A DNA stretch of 32,000 bases, taken from Lachnospiraceae bacterium. Its GTDB lineage: Bacteria > Bacillota > Clostridia > Lachnospirales > Lachnospiraceae. The stretch's first letter is position 1; every line of letters begins with the position of its first letter. The stretch is taken from contig JAEEGQ010000056.1 of the NCBI GenBank assembly GCA_016280395.1, forward strand, positions 156,181 to 188,180, given 5' to 3'. Position numbers and translations under genes: made by a program. Shown in pieces: positions 6,958-14,581 of the stretch. Below the pieces are notes generated by a model. That model was given only the letters and a program-made list of their open reading frames with translations, searched no databases and was not told the DNA's origin.

Positions 6958-8580
6958 TTACTCTCCAAACTGCCTTAATCCTTCAGATATCTCGTAGGTA
7001 TACTTGTCAATATTGGCGGTAACAATTTCACTGAACATCTTTTCTCCGTCTATATAGCCTTTAGTTCCCCACGACATCCATGAAGAATTTGATTCAAGCC
7101 TCGATGAACCTACGATGCCATTTGTAGAAATTGCGATACAGGTTCCGTCCTTTCTGCTCAATATCCCGTCGTACTCAACCGGATAATATACAACTGCTGT
7201 TTTGAACTTATTCTCAGAACTCGACAGCGTCGCAGAGTAGACTGCAAAATATTTGTTATTGGAATTACTGCTTTCGTAATTTGAATCCTGCTTTTTAGCA
7301 ACCAGTAAGTATTCCCCGGCAAGAACGAACTCTGTTAAAACAGCAGAAGAATCATATGTTGCTGTATATTTCTTTATTGTACTGAGTGCATGCTCATGTA
7401 AAAATTCCATCTCTTCCTTATCAATCTCACTCAAGGATGAAACTGCCTTTATGTCACTGTAATTATCCATTGTTCCGGAATATTCTATATCATAGGAATC
7501 TACATAACTCGAAACAAGGTCCTTGTAACATGTTATTGGATTTGTATAACCATAAGAGCTTGTCCACAAGCCAAAACTGAAACTTCCTTCAATCTTTGCA
7601 TCATATTCCGTAGATATTACTCCCTCAGCTACCAAAAGATCGCTGAAAGAAACCGGATAAAACACAGTCGTTGTGCTGTCATCGCTTTTATTCTTCAGCT
7701 CACCCATAAAAATAATATAGAGCTTGTTATTTGAATAGCCATAAGAACCCGATCCATTCTTCAGTGTCTGGAATACATATCCGTCATACTCCATACTGTT
7801 TAACGAATAATTATCCGTATATGTTCTGGCTGCATAGGCTTTTAATGTATCTTCCGCATCCTTTTTCAATTTTTCGAACTCTGTTCCGGATATTTCGCTA
7901 AACGTCGAAACATATTCATTCAATCCTGATACGGTATAATCCTTAGTAAATATCTCAGGGACTTTTCCGTATGATTTCATCCATTGATCCGCGGTGTTTG
8001 GTGATATGGTTATTGTTACCACATCACCGTTAGCAAGGTTATAGCTTTTAGAGGCAGAGAACCGAATGCCGCTCTCGCTTCCTTTATACTCCGTATCTAC
8101 TTTTCCATTTTTCGATACTCCGCTGAAAGTCACTGTGAGATCCGCAAAGGCATCAAATTTTACAACTTCTTTCAAACCGGAAACTTTCACTTTAGAATTC
8201 GTATACTTTACATTGCACTTAACATATTTTGTGAATTTCTCAACATCCCATTCGTATTCGATCGTATCACCATTTGAGTACGGACCCTTGCTCACATCTG
8301 AAACCTTGATATACTGATTACTACAGAATTCTGATGGCTTCATCAGATTCAGTAACCCCATGTAGTCCTCTTTTGCTTCCTGAGTAAACTGCATCTTTGA
8401 GCCATACTTTTCAATTATGGAATCATAATCAATCTCAAACTTAACGGTTCCGTATCCGTCGTAGCCGTCTGTTTCAACAATAAGGTAGTCATTGAGGTTG
8501 ATGGTCGGTCCTTTACCGCACGCACATAATCCCAACATCATTGCCATGCAAAAAACAACGTATATTACTGTTTTTTTCAT
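6958..8580 (-). CDS. Large secreted lipoprotein of unknown function
   Basis: 540 aa. The N-terminus MKKTVIYVVFCMAMMLGLCACGKG is a signal peptide with a lipobox-like LCAC. GGAGGAAATCAA lies before the ATG. The sequence is Ser/Tyr/Lys-rich with no catalytic motif that I recognise. Confidence 0.75.
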   Translation of the reverse strand: MKKTVIYVVFCMAMMLGLCACGKGPTINLNDYLIVETDGYDGYGTVKFEIDYDSIIEKYGSKMQFTQEAKEDYMGLLNLMKPSEFCSNQYIKVSDVSKGPYSNGDTIEYEWDVEKFTKYVKCNVKYTNSKVKVSGLKEVVKFDAFADLTVTFSGVSKNGKVDTEYKGSESGIRFSASKSYNLANGDVVTITISPNTADQWMKSYGKVPEIFTKDYTVSGLNEYVSTFSEISGTEFEKLKKDAEDTLKAYAARTYTDNYSLNSMEYDGYVFQTLKNGSGSYGYSNNKLYIIFMGELKNKSDDSTTTVFYPVSFSDLLVAEGVISTEYDAKIEGSFSFGLWTSSYGYTNPITCYKDLVSSYVDSYDIEYSGTMDNYSDIKAVSSLSEIDKEEMEFLHEHALSTIKKYTATYDSSAVLTEFVLAGEYLLVAKKQDSNYESSNSNNKYFAVYSATLSSSENKFKTAVVYYPVEYDGILSRKDGTCIAISTNGIVGSSRLESNSSWMSWGTKGYIDGEKMFSEIVTANIDKYTYEISEGLRQFGE

Positions 8581-8657
8581 TTGATTTCCTCCTGAAACCC
8601 TTTTTTCAAAGATTTAAAATTTTCTCTGAATAAAAACGCAATATAAAATGTAAGATA

Positions 8658-8685
8658 AGTTTACCCCCCCCCATCGTTTTGTCAA
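8658..8685 (-). promoter_or_regulatory. Candidate promoter of the lipoprotein/DUF4190-like/lgt operon, with a G9 tract in the spacer
   Basis: The minus strand reads TTGACA (8685-8680), a 16-nt spacer AAACGATGGGGGGGGG, then TAAACT (8663-8658). The homopolymer occupies 8664-8672 (C9 on the plus strand). Confidence 0.35.
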
Positions 8686-8843
8686 GCTAAAACTGGCTAT
8701 TGTGCGAAATTTATATACATTTAAAAATCATGTGATTTTTCATAATAATTTTGGTTATCAAAATAAAAACGCCTACAATTGTAAGCGTCTTTTCCACATG
8801 TCTTATTTCCAAATATCCGCACAGTAGTCACTTCAATCAAAAT

Positions 8844-8879
8844 AAAAAAAGAGCAGTAGGAAATGCGTCCTGCTGCTCT
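8844..8879 (-). terminator. Rho-independent terminator after the M23 peptidase gene
   Basis: The minus strand reads GAGCAGCAGG-acgcattt-CCTACTGCTC followed by TTTTTTT, about 30 nt after the stop. Confidence 0.6.
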
Positions 8880-8908
8880 TCGATACATTCTATTATTTTC
8901 TCTGTCAA

Positions 8909-10087
8909 TTAATCCGGATTTCTGCCGTTCAACCATTTCAATGCATATTCATACTTGAAAAGGTAGTTCATCGGGTCAACCTTGACTCCGTTGACCTTCA
9001 TTGTGAAATGAAGATGCGGGCCTGTTGCAGAACCGGTCATTCCGACAGAGCCGACTTTCTGGCCCTGTACAACCGTCTGTCCAACCGAAACGCTCCAGTT
9101 GTTAAGATGCAGGTAGTGGCAGGTTACCGTTGCGCCACCGGTGTTTGATCGGATAACAACATAGTTTCCGCCGCCGCCGTTATCCCAGCCGACCTCGGCA
9201 ACAACACCGTCGAGTGCCGCTACAACGGTATCTCCGGTCCTTCCGCCTATATCAAGCCCGGTATGCATCTTGTATTCGCCTGTGATCGGATGTTTTCTGT
9301 ATCCGTAATCGCTTGCTATGTTAAAGTTTGTCGGATACGGCCATGCAATATTGTCCAGAAGGCTTTTGCTCTGAAGCTCTTTTGCCTGTGCTGCGTTTAT
9401 CGCATAATAATATCCGTCCGAAAGATACGAGGTGCTTATATAACCTATGTATGTCTTGTATCCGTTTGAATATCTGACTTTGTACCAGTTGATGTTGGTC
9501 TTTTCAAGGATGGTAACTTCGATATAACCGGGAAGCTCATGTACGATGCCGCTTTCCTTTGTTGCAGCAGACCTTAAGTTTACGGTCTTACCCATAACCC
9601 TGCGCTTCTTCTCGTTCCTGGCTTTCTGCAGATCCACTGCATCCTGCCCGAATACAAGGAATTCGTTGCTTACATAACCTTCGATGTTGCCGGAAATTAT
9701 CTTGGTCCAGCCCTTTTCTTCATCCTTCTTGATGGCCGTTGCAACTGCGCCGCCGTAAAAACGTCCGAGCGATTCGTACTCCGTGCCGGGTCCCTTTCTG
9801 ACATTTGCAAAACCGTTTTCGATCTTGCAATATGTAAACTGGGAAAGAGAAACTATCCCAACACCGTCCCCTATAGTAAGAGACTTGACAAATTCAACAT
9901 TTTCATCTATAAAGGATTCATCTATGACTTCAAGAGAATTATCATTTCCTCGCTGCAAGCGGATAAGCTCATTGGAAAGACCAATGATGTTCATTTCCTC
10001 CGCATGTACTTTTTTAAGGGATCCGAAGGATCCAACGGCGATGATGGCGGAAACCACCATGCCGGCAAATATGCCTGCTTTCTTCAT
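8909..10087 (-). CDS. Secreted M23 family metallopeptidase with SH3-like N-terminal repeats
   Basis: 392 aa with signal peptide MKKAGIFAGMVVSAIIAVGS. Two SH3_3-like segments are present (ANVRKGPGTEYESLG.. and VNLRSAATKESGIV..). The M23 core shows HTGLDIGG...GNYVVI...YLHL...GSTGPHLHF. Confidence 0.85.
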   Translation of the reverse strand: MKKAGIFAGMVVSAIIAVGSFGSLKKVHAEEMNIIGLSNELIRLQRGNDNSLEVIDESFIDENVEFVKSLTIGDGVGIVSLSQFTYCKIENGFANVRKGPGTEYESLGRFYGGAVATAIKKDEEKGWTKIISGNIEGYVSNEFLVFGQDAVDLQKARNEKKRRVMGKTVNLRSAATKESGIVHELPGYIEVTILEKTNINWYKVRYSNGYKTYIGYISTSYLSDGYYYAINAAQAKELQSKSLLDNIAWPYPTNFNIASDYGYRKHPITGEYKMHTGLDIGGRTGDTVVAALDGVVAEVGWDNGGGGNYVVIRSNTGGATVTCHYLHLNNWSVSVGQTVVQGQKVGSVGMTGSATGPHLHFTMKVNGVKVDPMNYLFKYEYALKWLNGRNPD

Positions 10088-10187
10088 GCTTTACCTTCTT
10101 CGTAAAAGAGTGATACTTCACGGACATGCCCAATTCATGCCCATAAAAAAGAGAAAATACTGTTCTAAAAAATAAACCCGCACATTC

Positions 10188-10216
10188 ATGCTAACAAATT
10201 GCCCCAATTTTGTCAA
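10188..10216 (-). promoter_or_regulatory. Candidate promoter of the M23 peptidase gene
   Basis: The minus strand reads TTGACA (10216-10211), a 17-nt spacer, then TAGCAT (10193-10188). Confidence 0.45.
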
Positions 10217-10509
10217 GTCAAATTTGTTACTTTTGTCTAAAATTTTTTAAAAATCACAAAAAGCACCCTAATTATGTTTTTAAATGGACTTTGGCTTGTT
10301 TTCGGCATTTGTCATTGTTTTCGGATATAATTTGAGGAATTATTTGCCAGCAAAAATACGGGTATATTTCGTCAATTTTAATCCTTATATACAATTTACC
10401 CGTATCCGGAATTGGAAATTTAGACAAAAAACACTGTCAGACGGAATATATTTTTGCACAAATAAAAAAATTCCCTTATATATCATCCGTTGTTGCATAA
10501 AGAGGCTTA

Positions 10510-10538
10510 TTGACAACGCAGTGTTTTGTGCGTAAAAT
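10510..10538 (+). promoter_or_regulatory. Promoter of the MetRS-like gene
   Basis: TTGACA (10510-10515), a 17-nt spacer, then TAAAAT (10533-10538). This leaves a leader of about 135 nt before ATG 10674. Confidence 0.55.
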
Positions 10539-10673
10539 ACTAATACGAAACAGCGTGTGTACTGTCGGATCGGAACCTTCGCAATCGGTTTCATACAAAT
10601 CCAAAAACTCCGGCATGTCCACAGGAGGCGAAAGCCGTCAGCTGCTCATTACATTCGCAGCATGGAGGTTAAT

Positions 10674-12662
10674 ATGAGCGAATTCCAACAAAACCGGGAA
10701 CGTCCCGTTTTTCCTAAAAGAGCCATCATCACAGCCGGTATGCCCTACGGCAACAAAGAACTGCATTTCGGCCACATCGGCGGTGTTTTTGTGCATGCCG
10801 ACACCTTCGCAAGATTCTTAAGAGACAGGATCGGCGAGGATAATGTCATTTTTGTTTCGGGCACGGACTGCTATGGTTCCCCCATCCTTGAAAGCTACCG
10901 TAAAGCAAAGGAAAGCGGCACTTTCACAGGAACCATCAAGGAATATGTCGAGAAAAACCACATTTCGCAGAAAGAGACTCTCGAGCGTTACGAGGTAAGT
11001 CTGAACCTTTACGGAGCTTCAGCACTCGGCCGCGCCGCAGAGATCCACAACGAAGTCTCCGCAGATGTTTTTGAAGGCCTTTACAAGGCCGGAACCCTTG
11101 AAAAGCTCAGCACTCCGCAGTTTTACGATCCGAAATTCAAGGTGCTCTTGAACGGGCGCCAGGTCATCGGAAAATGCCCCATCCAGGGCTGCCAGTCTGA
11201 AAAGGGCTATGCCGATGAATGCGACCTCGGCCACCAGTACATGCCGGAAGAGCTTATCGACCCGAAGAGCACTCTTTCAGGCCTTACTCCCGAAGTCCGC
11301 AATGTTACCAACTGGTACTTCTCCCTTGAGAAATGCACCGAAGAGATGCAGGAGATGGTAGATGACCTCCGGAAGAACTCTAACGCAAGGAAATACATGC
11401 TCAACACCATCGAAGAGTTCTTAAAGCCGCCCTACATCTACGTTCAGAAAAAATTTGTCGAGGATCTTGACGCACTCCGCGCACGTTTCCCCGAACACGA
11501 GATGATTGAAGACAACAAGAATTCCTATACATTCGTCTTCAAAACCCTTGAAGATCGCGAAACCGCAAGAAATATCCTCGGAGAGCTCGACATCAACTGC
11601 AGGACCGGCAAAACGCTCGTTCCCTTCCGTCTTTCCGGAAATATCGAGTGGGGCGTGCCTTTCCCCGAAGCAGAAGACGTAAAAGGGCTTACCTTCTGGG
11701 TTTGGCCGGAATCCCTCTGGGCTCCCATCTCCTTCTCGAAGACATACCTTGAGAGCAAGGGTGCCGATAAGGACGAGTGGAAAAAGTGGTGGAATGATGA
11801 TGATGCCATGGTTTACCAGTTCATCGGCCAGGACAACATCTACTTCTACGGCATCGCGCAGCAGGCCATGTGGGATGCGCTGGGATTAAAGCGCACCTTC
11901 CTTATACCGAACAACCACATCCTGTTCATGAACAAAAAAGCAAGCTCGAGCGGCTCCGTTAAGCCTCCCATGGCTGCGGATCTCCTTGATTTCTATACCG
12001 CGGAGCAGATGCGCATGCATTTCTTAAGCCTCGGCCTCGCAAACAAGAGTGTAAGCTTCGATCCGCAGGTTTACCTGCCCGAATCCGAGCGTAACGGCGC
12101 CGATCCCGTTTTGAAGGACGGCAACCTCCTTACAAATGTGTTCAACCGCATTGTGCGTTCCTGCTTCTACACGCTGCAGAAGAACTTTGACGGCAGATAT
12201 CCCGACCGTCCCGTTTCCGAGAGTTTTCTTGAGGAATGCAAAGAGGCCGTGCTTACCTACGAACAGAACATGTACGACCACCAGTTCCACAAGATCACGT
12301 ATGTTCTCGACACTCTTATCCGCAACATCAACAAGATGTGGGTAAACAACATGCGTACCGCGGATGCGAACGACGATAACGACCTGCGCGCGCAGGTTCT
12401 TGTCGATGCCTTCCATGGCGTTCGCGTGGCAACTGCGCTCCTGCACCCCATCGCTCCCGTCGGTGTTGAAAAAGTCCGCGAATACCTTAACGTTGACAAA
12501 CGCATCTACAACTGGGACTACATTTTCGAGCCTCTTACGGCATTTATGGACGATCTTGCAGACGGTGATGTTTCGACCCACACCTTCAAATTCCTTGAAC
12601 CCCGTGTGGACTTCTTCGAGCTTCATCCGACACAGATCGCAGCGCTTGAAAAGAATCAGTAA
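10674..12662 (+). CDS. metG: Methionyl-tRNA synthetase-like class I aminoacyl-tRNA synthetase (KMSKS position reads KASSS)
   Basis: GGAGG lies 5 nt before ATG 10674; the track's start at 10557 is a read-through of the leader. PYGNKELHFGHIGG carries the HIGH motif. GTDCYGSPI and the knuckle GKCPIQGCQSEKGYADECDLGHQYMPEELIDPKSTLSG parallel E. coli MetRS (CPKC..GDNCEVCG..PTELIEPKS). Confidence 0.8.
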   Translation: MSEFQQNRERPVFPKRAIITAGMPYGNKELHFGHIGGVFVHADTFARFLRDRIGEDNVIFVSGTDCYGSPILESYRKAKESGTFTGTIKEYVEKNHISQKETLERYEVSLNLYGASALGRAAEIHNEVSADVFEGLYKAGTLEKLSTPQFYDPKFKVLLNGRQVIGKCPIQGCQSEKGYADECDLGHQYMPEELIDPKSTLSGLTPEVRNVTNWYFSLEKCTEEMQEMVDDLRKNSNARKYMLNTIEEFLKPPYIYVQKKFVEDLDALRARFPEHEMIEDNKNSYTFVFKTLEDRETARNILGELDINCRTGKTLVPFRLSGNIEWGVPFPEAEDVKGLTFWVWPESLWAPISFSKTYLESKGADKDEWKKWWNDDDAMVYQFIGQDNIYFYGIAQQAMWDALGLKRTFLIPNNHILFMNKKASSSGSVKPPMAADLLDFYTAEQMRMHFLSLGLANKSVSFDPQVYLPESERNGADPVLKDGNLLTNVFNRIVRSCFYTLQKNFDGRYPDRPVSESFLEECKEAVLTYEQNMYDHQFHKITYVLDTLIRNINKMWVNNMRTADANDDNDLRAQVLVDAFHGVRVATALLHPIAPVGVEKVREYLNVDKRIYNWDYIFEPLTAFMDDLADGDVSTHTFKFLEPRVDFFELHPTQIAALEKNQ

Positions 12663-12667
12663 GAAAT

Positions 12668-12701
12668 ACGGCTGTTTGCGTCAGCAGACAGCCGTTATTT
12701 T
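12668..12701 (+). terminator. Rho-independent terminator after the MetRS-like gene
   Basis: ACGGCTGT-12nt-ACAGCCGT followed by TATTTTC, 6 nt after the stop. Confidence 0.65.
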
Positions 12702-12778
12702 CATGAGCGGAATCTGCCGCAGGCGTGATATCCGCAATATAACGAAATGATGATCATGACTTTCCGGAGGAACATTGT

Positions 12779-13675
12779 ATGGAAATTAAGGACAGCCCCG
12801 TAAACACCGGACTGCTTGGCGCCCTTGAAGCCGGCGGAACAAAGATGATCTGCGCTGTCGGCACGGCAGACGGCACGGTTATTGACCGGGTTTCGTTCCC
12901 GACAGGCACTCCCGAAGAAACGATGCCAAAAATGCTTGATTATTTCGGGAATAAAGACATCAAAGCCCTTGGCATAGGATGCTTTGGGCCGATAGATCTG
13001 ATCAGGGATTCCGCGACTTACGGCTATATCACCACCACTCCTAAGCTTGCATGGCGGAATTTCAATATCGTAAAGGCTTTTAAGGATGCCTTGAACGTCC
13101 CCGTTGGTTTCGATACTGATGTAAATGCCGCTGTGCTTGGCGAAGCCGCTTTCGGTGCCGCAAAAGGGCTTAACAATGCGATTTATGCAACCATCGGCAC
13201 CGGCGTCGGCATCGGCGTTTTGTCGGAAGGAAAACTCCTTCACGGCATTCTGCATCCCGAAGGCGGTCATATCCTTATCGCCCGCAGGAGCGACGATACC
13301 GTAAAGAGCTCATGTCCTTTTCACGATAACTGTCTTGAAGGGCTGGCCGCAGGACCTGCCATTGAAAAGCGTTACGGAAAAAAAGGCTTCGAGCTTGCGG
13401 ACAGGCCCGAAGTCTGGGAACTTGAAGCATATTACATCGCACAGGCTCTTGTGAATTACACTCTTCTCCTTGCTCCGGAACGCATAGTCCTCGGAGGCGG
13501 GGTAATGGCCCAGGAACAGCTCTTCCCGCTTATCCGGGCACAGTTCAAAGAACTCATGAACGGGTATCTTTCAGTCAAAGCTCTTGATGATCTCAACTCA
13601 TTTATTGTTCCGTCGGCACTTAACGGCAACCAGGCGGTGCTGGGTTGCTTTATGCTGGCAGCGAAGGAGCAATAG
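12779..13675 (+). CDS. ROK family sugar kinase (fructokinase/Mak-like)
   Basis: 298 aa with GGAGG 8 nt before the ATG. The N-terminal LEAGGTKMICAV matches the Mak/fructokinase-type ATP motif. Also present are DTDVNAAVLGE, GTGVGIGV and a C..H..C Zn-type region (SSCPFHDNCLEG). Confidence 0.75.
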   Translation: MEIKDSPVNTGLLGALEAGGTKMICAVGTADGTVIDRVSFPTGTPEETMPKMLDYFGNKDIKALGIGCFGPIDLIRDSATYGYITTTPKLAWRNFNIVKAFKDALNVPVGFDTDVNAAVLGEAAFGAAKGLNNAIYATIGTGVGIGVLSEGKLLHGILHPEGGHILIARRSDDTVKSSCPFHDNCLEGLAAGPAIEKRYGKKGFELADRPEVWELEAYYIAQALVNYTLLLAPERIVLGGGVMAQEQLFPLIRAQFKELMNGYLSVKALDDLNSFIVPSALNGNQAVLGCFMLAAKEQ

Positions 13676-13690
13676 TTTCAACGAATTGAC

Positions 13691-13741
13691 ACAGACAGAT
13701 GGCGTGACCTACGCCGGCCGCAGGTCACGCCATCCGTCTGT
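13691..13741. terminator. Long hairpin between convergent genes (probable bidirectional terminator)
   Basis: ACAGACAGATGGCGTGACCT-11nt-AGGTCACGCCATCCGTCTGT pairs at 19 of 20 positions. There is no clear U-tract. The 3' arm touches the PHP gene stop codon. Confidence 0.5.
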
Positions 13742-14532
13742 CAATGAAACAAGAACTCCAGCTCCGCCGTCTTTTCAACACCATCCGCTTCCGTAAGTGT
13801 CGTGGGCTTTGGCGAAAGCCATTCGCGCCTTGGAGGCAGGAAATCCGAATCCTTTGCAAAAAGCTCCTGTTTTCTGCCCTTTATAAGCCTTACGTAATCT
13901 GCCGGGCCTGTAATCTTTTCGGGAAGGATAACACCCCTGAAACCGCGCCCGGGCTCTGAGTCCCTGTGAATATCGCTTCCTGCGGTCATCGGAAGATCAT
14001 AATGCTTTGCATAGGCATACGCCAGCGAATCAAACTCGGGATCGTTGCCCGAATTTGCTACCTCGGCCGCATGCACATGCGCGGGATGAAGATGGATGCC
14101 GGTGATATACCCTCGGTCCCTGAAGGGATGCGCCTGTACCATCAGGCCGTTAACTGCGTTTATCTCTGCAAAAAGCCGTTCATGGCTCCATGAAAGCATA
14201 TCCGGATACTTAAGCAGCCACTCTTTGTCGATCCCGTAAAGCAGGTACTCGTCGCCGGCGAAATTCCACTCGATGCCAAAGAATACGTCCAGCCCGATCC
14301 TTTCGCCCTCTTTCTTTGCCTCCTCATATCCCCCGCAATACCGCTCTACCCGCTCATTCCAGGGCAGGTCCCTTGGTATCCCCGAGTTGCCGTTAAAGAA
14401 ATGATCCGTCACAAAGATCCCGTCAAAACCGGAGCTTTTCATGAACCGTGCCATCTCGGTACCCGTAGAAGCACCGCAGGCACTTACGCCCGCGGTGTGA
14501 AGATGTGTTTCGTATAAATATTTTCTTTCCAT
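13741..14532 (-). CDS. PHP-domain metal-dependent phosphoesterase
   Basis: 263 aa. YETHLHTAGVSACG and FVTDHF at the N-terminus, then AHPFR and GSDIHR, give the His/Asp pattern of the PHP (polymerase/histidinol phosphatase) fold. Confidence 0.7.
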   Translation of the reverse strand: MERKYLYETHLHTAGVSACGASTGTEMARFMKSSGFDGIFVTDHFFNGNSGIPRDLPWNERVERYCGGYEEAKKEGERIGLDVFFGIEWNFAGDEYLLYGIDKEWLLKYPDMLSWSHERLFAEINAVNGLMVQAHPFRDRGYITGIHLHPAHVHAAEVANSGNDPEFDSLAYAYAKHYDLPMTAGSDIHRDSEPGRGFRGVILPEKITGPADYVRLIKGRKQELFAKDSDFLPPRREWLSPKPTTLTEADGVEKTAELEFLFH

Positions 14533-14581
14533 GTCCCAAAACCTCTATTCGCCCGTTAAACCGGCACAAAACCGGTCTTTT

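Noticed and set aside
8721-8936. 71-aa minus-strand ORF overlapping the 3' end of the M23 gene and its terminator
   Set aside because: It starts inside the M23 coding region in another frame and runs through two terminator-like hairpins. It has no RBS.
10088-10187. ydaO/c-di-AMP riboswitch upstream of the M23 peptidase gene (common for cell-wall hydrolases)
   Set aside because: The ~100-nt leader is AT-rich and lacks the conserved GGGGACCCA / GGGGUGAAUCC elements.
10284-10594. 83-aa and 69-aa ORFs in the AT-rich region upstream of the MetRS-like gene
   Set aside because: The AT-rich DNA gives Phe/Ile/Asn/Lys-rich products with no RBS, and the ORFs overlap the mapped promoter. They are likely non-coding.
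10539-10673. T-box or SAM riboswitch in the leader of the MetRS-like gene
   Set aside because: The leader is only about 135 nt and has no T-box sequence (..GGGTGGTACCGCG..) or SAM-I core. Only small hairpins are present (GGC-gaaa-GCC and GCTGC-11nt-GCAGC), which may simply be mRNA structure.
10557-10673. N-terminal extensions suggested by the ORF track (also 6538-6591, 20436-20474, 27726-27785, 28254-28562, 30901-30927, 30042-30047 and 31073-31081)
   Set aside because: In each case an internal ATG with a properly spaced AGGAGG-type RBS exists. The extension also overlaps a neighbouring gene, promoter or terminator.
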